Below are positions 26,199 through 34,037 of a stretch of DNA of 64,000 bases, piece after piece. Every line of letters begins with the position of its first letter. The stretch's first letter is position 1. The notes below the pieces were generated by a model. It had not been told where the DNA came from. It did no database searches and worked only from the letters and a program-made list of their open reading frames with translations. The position numbers were made by a program, and so were the translations under genes. Where the stretch lies: positions 655 to 64,654 of the forward strand of contig JBBDHW010000060.1 of assembly GCA_040880805.1 (NCBI GenBank). Direction: 5' to 3'. This DNA is from Acidimicrobiia bacterium. GTDB lineage: Bacteria > Actinomycetota > Acidimicrobiia > IMCC26256 > DASPTH01.

Positions 26199-27347
26199 TC
26201 AGCGCACGGTTCGGAAGAAGTCGCGCAGGTCGTCGACGAAGAGCTCGGGCTGCTCCATGGCAGCGAAGTGGCCGCCGCGCGGCATGACGGCCCAGTGCGT
26301 CACGTTGTAGCGCTGTTCGACCCACGAGCGCGGGAAGCGCAGCACCTCCTCCTTCGGATAGCGCGCGACGCCGGTGGGAACGCCGATGTACTCCGGTGCT
26401 TCCCTCAACACGCCGCTGTGCATGGTCTCCCAGTACAAGCGCGCCGAGGACGTGATCGTCTGCGTCACCCAGTACAACATGACGTTGGTGATCAGCTGGT
26501 CGCGGGTGAAGCAGTTCTCGGGGTGGCCGTCGCAGTCGCTCCAGGTGCGGAACTTCTCCACGATCCAGGAGAGCAGCCCGGCCGGCGAGTCGTTGAGCGC
26601 CATCCCGAGCGTCTGCGGCTTGGTGCCCTGCACCTGCGCGTAGCCCGCTTCGTCGCGCTGGAACCGCCCCATCGCGGCGAGATCCGCCTGCTCCCCCTCG
26701 GTGAGCGGGACCGGGTCCTCGGGAGGGGCAGCGATCGGCATATTGAGGTGAAGGGCCGCGCAGTGCTCCGGGTCGAGCGCGGCGATCCTGGTCGCGACCT
26801 GGGCGCCCCAGTCGCCGCCCTGCGCGCCGTAACGCGCGTAGCCCAAGCGAGGCATCAGCTCGATGAACGCCTGGGCGACGCGCCGCACGTCCCAGCCCGG
26901 GGTGCGCGGGGGCTCGGAGAAGCCGTAGCCCGGCAGCGAGGGCGCGATCACGTGGAACGCGTCCTCGGCGCGGCCGCCGTGGGCCTCCGGGTCGGTCAGT
27001 CGTGGGATGACGTCGAGGAACTCCACGACGGAGCCGGGCCAGCCGTGGGTGATGATCAGCGGAAGGGCGTCCGCGTGACCGGAGCGCGCGTGGACGAAGT
27101 GGATCGACTGGCCATCGATGCGGGTGCGAAAGTGTTCGAGCTCGTTGAGCCGTGCCTCCTGTGCTCGCCAGTCGTACTCGGCGCGCCAGTACTCCACGAG
27201 CTCGCGCAGGTAATCGATCGGGGTGCCGTACTCCCAGCCGGTCCCCTCGATCTGGTCCGGGAAGCGGGTCCGCGCCAGACGGAGTCGAAGGTCGTCGAGG
27301 GTCGCGTCGTCCACGCGAATGTGGAACCTCTCGATCGCTTCCGGCAC
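26199..27347 (-). CDS. Epoxide hydrolase (EH N-terminal domain plus alpha/beta hydrolase).
   Basis: Motifs are FHIRVDDATLDDLRLRLARTRFPD, HGWPGS and GGDWG. Confidence 0.88.
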   Translation of the reverse strand: MPEAIERFHIRVDDATLDDLRLRLARTRFPDQIEGTGWEYGTPIDYLRELVEYWRAEYDWRAQEARLNELEHFRTRIDGQSIHFVHARSGHADALPLIITHGWPGSVVEFLDVIPRLTDPEAHGGRAEDAFHVIAPSLPGYGFSEPPRTPGWDVRRVAQAFIELMPRLGYARYGAQGGDWGAQVATRIAALDPEHCAALHLNMPIAAPPEDPVPLTEGEQADLAAMGRFQRDEAGYAQVQGTKPQTLGMALNDSPAGLLSWIVEKFRTWSDCDGHPENCFTRDQLITNVMLYWVTQTITSSARLYWETMHSGVLREAPEYIGVPTGVARYPKEEVLRFPRSWVEQRYNVTHWAVMPRGGHFAAMEQPELFVDDLRDFFRTVR

Positions 27348-27424
27348 TGCGCGCTCCCTGAGCGAAGTGTGCCGACACTATCCCCGCGCCCAACCGGGAA
27401 GCCGAGAGCAGAAAAGGAGCGTCA

Positions 27425-27865
27425 ATGGGTTCGGTGTTCAACCATGTGGGTCTTTGCGTCACTGACGCGGCGCGGTCGCGGCGGTTCTACGAGGAGGTGC
27501 TCGGCTTCGAGTTCTGGTACGAGTTGGAGCCGCCCGACGAGATGGTTGCGAAGCTGATCGACCTCCCCCAACCCCTCGGGGCCAAGGCCGTTTATCTACG
27601 CCGGGGCGAGTCGGTCCTCGAGCTGATCTCCTACGCCGATGCTGGCGCGCACGCGTCCGCGCGCCCTCGGGTGATGAACGAGATCGGGCTCACCCACATC
27701 TCGGTGTCGGTCGACGACATCGATGCCACGGCGGCGAAAGCGGTGGAGTACGGCGGCAGCGTGCTCGAGCAGACTCACGTCGGCCTCGCGGTGATGATCC
27801 GCGATCCGGACGGGCAGTTGCTCGAGCTGCTCCCGATCGGGTACCGCGCCAGCCTTCCCAACTGA
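27425..27865 (+). CDS. VOC/glyoxalase-family protein.
   Basis: Motifs are FNHVGLCVTDAARSRRFYEEVLGFE and THISVSVDDID...DPDGQLLEL. Confidence 0.8.
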   Translation: MGSVFNHVGLCVTDAARSRRFYEEVLGFEFWYELEPPDEMVAKLIDLPQPLGAKAVYLRRGESVLELISYADAGAHASARPRVMNEIGLTHISVSVDDIDATAAKAVEYGGSVLEQTHVGLAVMIRDPDGQLLELLPIGYRASLPN

Positions 27866-28115
27866 CGGCTTCCGGGTACGCCGCGATTACGTGAGTCACT
27901 GTGTCCGAGAAGAATGTTCCGTGTCTTGGACAGGAGACCGGCTGCGATCCGGCCGGCCGCAAGCGAGGAACCCATCGCCGGCTCTGGGCGCGCCTTGCGC
28001 GACATTCTGTGCGCGCCAGGCCGTCGTTCTGTGTGCCAGTGCGCGCGCTGAAGGGAGCCTGGCCTGAGTACTCGAGCCCGCTTCGCGTTCACTTCGCCGA
28101 CGCAGTGGGGTATGG

Positions 28116-28155
28116 TGTTGACAAATCCCAACGTGAGTGTTGTATAGTGTCAACA
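28116..28155 (+). promoter_or_regulatory. Putative promoter with an inverted-repeat operator, probably producing a leaderless transcript.
   Basis: TTGACA lies at 28118-28123 and TATAGT at 28143-28148. The 19-nt spacer is longer than optimal. The ATG at 28155 is only 7 nt after the -10 box. An 8-bp inverted repeat, TGTTGACA (28116-28123) / TGTCAACA (28148-28155), brackets the promoter. Confidence 0.4.
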
Positions 28156-28379
28156 TGGACGGGCGGGGCCGACACCCGAAGAAGGAAGTTGAGGCGGCTC
28201 TCGAGCGCGCAGACGAAGCAACGTGGACGTGCGAGCGGCGGAGTGGCCATGTGTGGGCCATCATCCGCTGCCCGTTCGGCTGCTGCCAGCTCAGCGTGTC
28301 GAGCACCCCCAAGAATCCTGGCAACGAAGCGAAACGCATCCGGCGGAGGGTCGACCGGTGCCCGCAGGGCAAGCGCTGA
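28155..28379 (+). CDS. Small Cys-rich hypothetical protein (74 aa).
   Basis: It is the first gene of a tight two-gene module, with C..(x)..C.FGCC and a C-terminal RRRVDRC. I cannot name the family. Confidence 0.45.
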   Translation: MDGRGRHPKKEVEAALERADEATWTCERRSGHVWAIIRCPFGCCQLSVSSTPKNPGNEAKRIRRRVDRCPQGKR

Positions 28380-28396
28380 CGACGAAGGAGATCAGA

Positions 28397-28972
28397 GTGC
28401 AGGACTGGAACTTCACGCTCGTACTTGACGGGGACGTGTTGTCGGACAATGACTTGCTCAACGCGCTCTACGACGCGGGCTGCGACGACGCCAGCTTCGG
28501 TGAGATCGACGGCGTGTTCTACGCCGAGTTCGATCGAGAGGCCGACGCGTTCGCCCAAGCGATCTTCACCGCGATCCGCGAGATCGAGTCGACAGGCGTC
28601 CGAGTCGTCAGCGTCGCGGATCCCGATGAGCTGGTGACCGCGGCGGACATCGCTGAGCTCATTGGCCAGAGCCGTGAGTCGGTGCGTCTCTACATCGCGG
28701 GTAGGCGCGGCCCGGGAACCTTCCCCGCTCCGATTTCCCACTTGTGGTCGCGGGGACGGTTGTGGCGCTGGCCGGCAGTCGCCGACTGGCTCCGAACCGC
28801 CGGGTTCGAGATCGACGAGCCCGAAGGACGCGCCGAAGATTCCGAGGCGGTCGCCGCCATTGTCAATGGCCAACTCGCGATGCGAGAGGCCTGGAGCGTG
28901 CTCTCCGATGACGAACAACGTCATCTTCGACACGAGATCAAGCTGACCAGCGACGTGCCAGCGACTATCTGA
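28397..28972 (+). CDS. Putative DNA-binding protein (C-terminal helix-turn-helix).
   Basis: AAGGAG (28385-28390) lies 6 nt before the GTG at 28397. The sequence VTAADIAELIGQSRESVRLYIAG looks like an HTH, and the N-terminal acidic alpha/beta domain resembles antitoxin-like folds. Confidence 0.5.
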   Translation: MQDWNFTLVLDGDVLSDNDLLNALYDAGCDDASFGEIDGVFYAEFDREADAFAQAIFTAIREIESTGVRVVSVADPDELVTAADIAELIGQSRESVRLYIAGRRGPGTFPAPISHLWSRGRLWRWPAVADWLRTAGFEIDEPEGRAEDSEAVAAIVNGQLAMREAWSVLSDDEQRHLRHEIKLTSDVPATI

Positions 28973-29101
28973 CACACAAGGGCGTGCCGCCCAGAAAACG
29001 CGCACAAGATCGCGCACGGGAACACTCAATCGACGCGCACGTAACGGCACGTAGGTCTGACGCGCACGCGAGCTCTTTGGCGTTCAGTGGAGCCAGCGCG
29101 T

Positions 29102-29287
29102 CTACTTGTCCGCGAGGTCTTTGGAGTAGCGAAGGCTGAGCCCCCAAATATCGTCAGTTCGACTCCTGGTGTCGGCTCGCCAGCGGTGCGTCTCGTAGAA
29201 CGAGCGTGCACGCAGGTTTGCTGCCATGACCCACAACGTGGCGCGCCGATAATCTGCCACTCGGAAGTCGTCGATCGCTGCCACCAT
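29102..29287 (-). pseudogene. C-terminal remnant of a GNAT acetyltransferase.
   Basis: The sequence ATLWVMAANLRARSFYETHRW matches only the last beta-alpha-beta of GNATs (LWV...N..A..FYE..G). The acetyl-CoA-binding Q/RxxGxG/A motif and everything N-terminal to it are absent. Confidence 0.6.
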
Positions 29288-29289
29288 CA

Positions 29290-29904
29290 GTGCTCGACCC
29301 AGTCACCGCGGCTCGGCGAACTTGCACAGCTCAATGTTGCGTCGGCGTTGTAGCTCCCGGCCACGCCATTGACACCTGGGAGGGCAGCGGGGTGCTCGAG
29401 TTGCGCCGTCCCGGGGACGCGTACTCCGTGGTGCACTTCTGGCGCGGCGAGAACGGCGCGTTCACCTGCTGGTATGTCAACCTCGAAGAGCCGTTCCGTC
29501 GCACGCCCATCGGCTTCGATTCCAGTGACCAGGAACTCGACATCGTGGTCCTGCCCGACCGGTCGTGGTTCTTCAAGGACTGGGACCTCCTCGACCAGCA
29601 CGTCGCGCGCGGCCGCTACAGCCCAGAACTCGTAGCAACGATCCGCGCCGAGGGTCTCCGCATCGGCGCCGAGCTCGACGCAAGAACACACTGGTGGGAC
29701 GACCAGCACATCCGACATAGCAACCCTCGAGGTCAGCGCGTGAAGACCGGAAGCTTCTCCCAGCCGCGCACGGTCGGGGTGTGGGCCTGCTTGACGTTGT
29801 CCCAGTCGACTTCCCAATCGGGCCAGCGGTTCAGCACCTCGTCGAGCGCGACCCGGCCCTCGAGCCGCGCCAGCGCAGCGCCGAGGCAGAAGTGGAGGCC
29901 GTAG
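29290..29904 (+). pseudogene. DUF402-domain gene, apparently 5'-truncated and with an aberrant 3' extension.
   Basis: The core DUF402 motif is present: FTCWYVNLEEPFRRT..GFDSSDQELDIVVLPDRSWFFKDWDLL. The N-terminal part of the family is missing. The ORF tail (about the last 60 codons) is low-complexity and runs 172 nt antisense into the P450 gene. Confidence 0.5.
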
Positions 29905-30923
29905 CCGAAGCTCAGGTGGTGATCGATCGTGCGGTGGATATCGAAGCGGTCGCCGTCTGGGAAGTGGCGGTCGTCCCGATTCGCCGAGCCGTTCAGCAGC
30001 AGCATGATGCCGCCTTCGGGCACCGTCTCGCCGTAGTACTCGGCCTCGCGCGCGACCGTGCGCGCTTGAACAGGGGAGGGCGCCTCGTACCGGAGGATCT
30101 CCTCGATGGCCTTCGGGATCAGCGAGCGGTCCTCGGCGATCTCGCGGCGCTGGTCGGCGTGCTCGGCCAACAGCTTGCCGGTCCAGCCGACCAGGCGCGT
30201 CGTCGTCTCGTTCCCGGCGCCTGCGATCAGCCCCACGTAGGTGAGGACTTCCTCGCGACTCAGCCGTCGGACCGTGCCGGTCTCGTCCTCGAACTCGGCG
30301 TTGAGCAGTTTGGTCATCAGGTCGTCGGACGGATGCTCGGCCCGCCATTCGATGTACTCGGCGAACATTGCGAACCCGCCTGCGAGGTACTCGTTGTCGG
30401 GGACTTCGCCGTCCTCGGTGATCCGCAGCCCCTCGTCGAGCGCGTCGCGGATCGCCTCCTGGTCCTGCTCGGGGATCCCCAGGAGAGAGCCGATCGTCCG
30501 CATCGGCATGATTGCGCCCAGGTCGGTGACGAAGTCGAAGCGGCCGGAGCCGGCGAGCGGATCGAGTGTGCGTGCGCAGAACTCGCGCACCTTCGGCTCG
30601 ATGTCGTTCATCGCCTTCGGGGTGAACACCCGAGACATCAGGCCCCGGTGCACGTCGTGGATCGGCGGGTCCTCCATGAGGACCATCCCGGAAGGCATCT
30701 CCACGTTTGCCAGGATGATCTCGAGCGTCGACCCTTTCCCGGAGCGATACCTCTCCCAGTCGACGAGGCCACGTTCGACTTCGTCGTAACGGCTCAGCGC
30801 GTAGAACCCGTACTTCTCGTTGTGGTAGAGCGGCGCCTCCTCGCGCATTCTGCGCCACAGCGGGTGTGGGTCCCGGTCGATCTCGATGTCGAACGGGTCG
30901 TAGTAGATGTCGCTGGTCGTCAT
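29733..30923 (-). CDS. Cytochrome P450.
   Basis: The haem loop is FGYGLHFCLGAALARLE, with AGNETT and EEILRYE. The ATG at 30923 overlaps the stop of the upstream SDR (ATGA). Confidence 0.92.
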   Translation of the reverse strand: MTTSDIYYDPFDIEIDRDPHPLWRRMREEAPLYHNEKYGFYALSRYDEVERGLVDWERYRSGKGSTLEIILANVEMPSGMVLMEDPPIHDVHRGLMSRVFTPKAMNDIEPKVREFCARTLDPLAGSGRFDFVTDLGAIMPMRTIGSLLGIPEQDQEAIRDALDEGLRITEDGEVPDNEYLAGGFAMFAEYIEWRAEHPSDDLMTKLLNAEFEDETGTVRRLSREEVLTYVGLIAGAGNETTTRLVGWTGKLLAEHADQRREIAEDRSLIPKAIEEILRYEAPSPVQARTVAREAEYYGETVPEGGIMLLLNGSANRDDRHFPDGDRFDIHRTIDHHLSFGYGLHFCLGAALARLEGRVALDEVLNRWPDWEVDWDNVKQAHTPTVRGWEKLPVFTR

Positions 30924-31747
30924 CGGCCGAACAGGAACTGCGCGACCGGGGCGGCGTCCGGGAACGAGCCGGTGATGCCGGACGCGAGGTAGCCCGCGTC
31001 GGAGATGATGGTCTGGCCGTTGATGGCCGCGGCCGCCTCGCTGCAGAGGAACACGAGCGCGTACGCCTGCTCGAGTGGCGTGTGGGGCTCGACGCCCACA
31101 TCGGCGCGGAAGTCGGCGGCGAAGCCGAGCCACACCTCCGCGTTCGCCTGGGCCAGCGGAGTGTCGGTGGGGCCGGGGCAGATCGCGTTGATCCGGATGC
31201 CGCGCTTCAGCATCGGATGGGCCTGGCTGGCGACATAGGCGCACATCGCCTGCTTCATCGACATGTAGTCGGCTTTGCCGTGCTCCTCGACCCACTTGAC
31301 GGCCGCGTGCCAGTCGCTGATCGCGAGGAGCTCTTTGAGCTCCTCGAGGTTCGCCTCCCACCCGAGGCCCGCGGCGGACGAGATCATGCCGATGGCGCCG
31401 CCCCGCGGGATCATGTCGCGCTCGAGCAGCCAGTCGATGAGGTGCCGGTGGCCGATGAAGTTGATGCGCTCGATGCCGGGCGTGCCGTCGGCGACGCCCG
31501 CGCAGGAGAACAGCGCGTCGACCGTGCCGCCGCACGCGTCGACGGCGACGTCGATCGAGTCCTTCTCGGCGAGATTGACATGGACGGACTTCACGCCGGG
31601 CTGGGTGACCTCGGCATAGTCCATGACCACGACTTCCGCGCCGGCGTCCTGCACGAGTTGCGCGGCGGCAGCGCCCATTCCCGTGGCACCTCCGACGACG
31701 AGCGCACGCTTGCCGTCGTACCGGAATGCGTCGAACAGCTTCACCAT
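30920..31747 (-). CDS. SDR-family oxidoreductase.
   Basis: It carries KRALVVGGATGMGAA and is translationally coupled to the downstream P450. Confidence 0.8.
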   Translation of the reverse strand: MVKLFDAFRYDGKRALVVGGATGMGAAAAQLVQDAGAEVVVMDYAEVTQPGVKSVHVNLAEKDSIDVAVDACGGTVDALFSCAGVADGTPGIERINFIGHRHLIDWLLERDMIPRGGAIGMISSAAGLGWEANLEELKELLAISDWHAAVKWVEEHGKADYMSMKQAMCAYVASQAHPMLKRGIRINAICPGPTDTPLAQANAEVWLGFAADFRADVGVEPHTPLEQAYALVFLCSEAAAAINGQTIISDAGYLASGITGSFPDAAPVAQFLFGR

Positions 31748-31787
31748 GATTCACCTTCCCAATTGTCGGTTCACGTCGATTGTCGGA

Positions 31788-33005
31788 TCACGCGACGACA
31801 CCGCGGACCTTGAGATCCACGATGGTGTCCCAGTCGAGCCCGAGCTCGGCCAGGATGTCATCCCCTTGCTCGTTGAACTCGGGCGCGCGCTCGGGCTTGG
31901 CCGGTTGCTCGTCGTACTGCACGGGTGCGGCAACCAGCGTGAACGGTGTGCCGCCCGCGGTGCTGCATTCCTGCAGATAGCCGTTGGCGATGGTCTGCGG
32001 ATCGTCGGCCGCCTCGAGCGAGTGCTGCACGATCGTCCACTGGCCGACGAACGGCTCGAGCCGCGCTCGCCACTCGGCGACCGTGGCTTCCGCGAAGGCA
32101 TCCGTGAGGATCGCGACCGCCTCGCGCGCGTTTTCCATCAACGACGCGTGATCGGCGAACCGCGGGTCGGTGGCCAGCTCGGGGCGTCCGATGATCTCGC
32201 ACAGCGGCGGCCAGTACTTGCCGGCCTGCAAGCAGGTGAGCATGACGTAGCGACCGTCCTTGGTCTGGTAGATCGCGACCAACGGGTTCCGCGACATCTC
32301 CTCGTTCGGCGGCGGCCCCCACGCCTGGTCCATCAGCACCGACAGGGCCATGGCCTGGCCCATCGCCCACAGGCCGGTTCCCAGCAGTGAGATGTCGACC
32401 GTGGTCGTCTCGCCGGTGCGCTCGCGGTGGAACAACGCGCCCATGATCCCTCCGGCGATCGTCATCGCGCCGAGCGAATCACCGAACCCCGGGCCGGGCG
32501 GCATGGGCACCAGGTCGTACTCGGGGCGCATGGTGCCGAGCGCGATCCCGGCGCGCGCCCAGAACGCCAACGAATCGTAGGAGCCCTTGTCGGCGTCGGG
32601 TCCGCGTTCGCCCTGTCCCGTGCCGCGCGCGTAGATGATGTTCGGGTTGGCGGCGCGGATCTGCTCCAAGCCGATCTGCAACTTGGCGCGCACGCTCGGC
32701 AGCTTGTTGGTCAGGAAGACGTCGGACGTGGCGGCCAGCTTGTAGAGGATGTCGAGTCCGTCAGGCGACGTCAGGTCGAGTGCGAGGCTGCGCTTCCCTC
32801 GGTTCGAGTGCTCGAGCAGCGCGTGCACGTCGCCCAAGATCAGCGCCATGCCCGTCGATTCGAGTCCGCGCATCGCGTCGCCGCGCTCGACGTGCTCGAT
32901 CTTGATGACCTCCGCCCCCCAGTCGGACAGGAGCGCCGAAGCCGCGGGCACGAACGTGTGCTCCGCGACCTCGAGGATGCGCACGCCGTGCAGGATCTGG
33001 GTCAT
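31788..33005 (-). CDS. Family III (CaiB/BaiF) CoA-transferase.
   Basis: Motifs are GVRILEVAEHTFVPAASALLSDWGAEVIKIEH and NRGKRSLALDL. The ATG at 33005 is preceded by GGAGA; the upstream part of the track ORF is non-coding. Confidence 0.9.
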   Translation of the reverse strand: MTQILHGVRILEVAEHTFVPAASALLSDWGAEVIKIEHVERGDAMRGLESTGMALILGDVHALLEHSNRGKRSLALDLTSPDGLDILYKLAATSDVFLTNKLPSVRAKLQIGLEQIRAANPNIIYARGTGQGERGPDADKGSYDSLAFWARAGIALGTMRPEYDLVPMPPGPGFGDSLGAMTIAGGIMGALFHRERTGETTTVDISLLGTGLWAMGQAMALSVLMDQAWGPPPNEEMSRNPLVAIYQTKDGRYVMLTCLQAGKYWPPLCEIIGRPELATDPRFADHASLMENAREAVAILTDAFAEATVAEWRARLEPFVGQWTIVQHSLEAADDPQTIANGYLQECSTAGGTPFTLVAAPVQYDEQPAKPERAPEFNEQGDDILAELGLDWDTIVDLKVRGVVA

Positions 33006-33227
33006 CGGTGTCTCCTGGCTGCAGCTTCGAAATCGATTTCGGAACTGGCTAGCGTACGTGCGCGCGAGCCCCGGCGGGCAAGCGTTGGCCGAGCTGGGGA
33101 GGGTTGGAATGACGGTCGGTGGCCGTGAGCTCTCGGAGCTCCTCGACGACCCACGCGCCGTGTCCGGCATCGACGTGCTGGTCGACGGCGCGCTCGCGCA
33201 GGCGAACGCCGCCGCGGGTGGTGCGCC

Positions 33228-33992
33228 GTGAGGCCGGCCATGGGACAGCGCGTGGTCGGCCGTCGCGTGCTCGTCGTCGGTGGATCGGCCGGCATCGGCA
33301 AGGTCATCGGCGAGTCGTTGTGTGAGGCGGGAGCCCACGTGGCGTTCGCGTCGCGTCGCCACAGCACCTGCCAGGAGATCGCCAAAGCTGCCGGCGGCAC
33401 CGCGGTCGGCCTGGAATGTGACGTCACCGACGAGGCCCAGTGCCAGCGCGTCGTCGACGAGACCGTCGAACGCCTCGGTGGGCTCGACGACCTGGTCTAT
33501 TCGGCCGGTGTGATCTCGATTGTGGCCCTCGCCGACGCCGACGCTGATTGGTGGCGACGGACGTTCGAGACCAACGTCATGGGCGCCGCCCTCGTCACGC
33601 GCGCAGCCCTCCCGCACCTGCAGCAATCGACCGGTACCGCGGTGTTCCTGTCGTCGGTCTCCAGCATCGGCGCGCCGTGGCCGGGCATCGGCGTGTACAC
33701 GTCTACCAAGGCAGCACTGAACCGGATGATCGAGACCTGGCGGTCGGAGCACCCGGAGGTCGGCTTCACCCGGATCTTCGTCGGTCCGACCAACGATGCG
33801 GGGACCGGGACCCAGATGGATGCGGGCGCGGTGACGCACATGATGCGGTGGGCCGGGCTCGGCGTCCACTCGGGCGCGCTCGCGGAACCGGCTTCGATCG
33901 CCGCCGCCGTCGAGCTCGTGCTCAGTGACGAGGCGCGGATCCTCGACGTCACGGTGCAGCCGAAGGACGGCCCACTCCCCTGGGGCGCGTAG
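33228..33992 (+). CDS. SDR-family oxidoreductase.
   Basis: Motifs are RRVLVVGGSAGIGK, YSAG and Y.STKAAL. An alternative ATG lies at 33240. Confidence 0.85.
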   Translation: MRPAMGQRVVGRRVLVVGGSAGIGKVIGESLCEAGAHVAFASRRHSTCQEIAKAAGGTAVGLECDVTDEAQCQRVVDETVERLGGLDDLVYSAGVISIVALADADADWWRRTFETNVMGAALVTRAALPHLQQSTGTAVFLSSVSSIGAPWPGIGVYTSTKAALNRMIETWRSEHPEVGFTRIFVGPTNDAGTGTQMDAGAVTHMMRWAGLGVHSGALAEPASIAAAVELVLSDEARILDVTVQPKDGPLPWGA

Positions 33993-34037
33993 CGCGGCGC
34001 ACTGCCGCAGATCTTCATCTGCTGTCCGCCCTCTCTC

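Noticed and set aside
26089-27557. Two ORFs of about 457 aa (26089-27462 minus, 26181-27557 plus) over the epoxide hydrolase gene
   Set aside because: Both are alternative-frame or antisense shadows. Only 26199-27347 (minus) shows epoxide-hydrolase motifs.
27896-29050. 384-aa minus-strand ORF covering the whole small insert
   Set aside because: It is antisense to the two-gene module, which has a good RBS and promoter. It is Arg/Ser-rich with no recognisable domain.
29287-31101. 604-aa minus-strand ORF, and the 673-aa ORF 29733-31754
   Set aside because: The first is out of frame with the P450 and SDR. The second is the P450 frame read through upstream non-coding-frame sequence, and the real start is the ATG at 30923.
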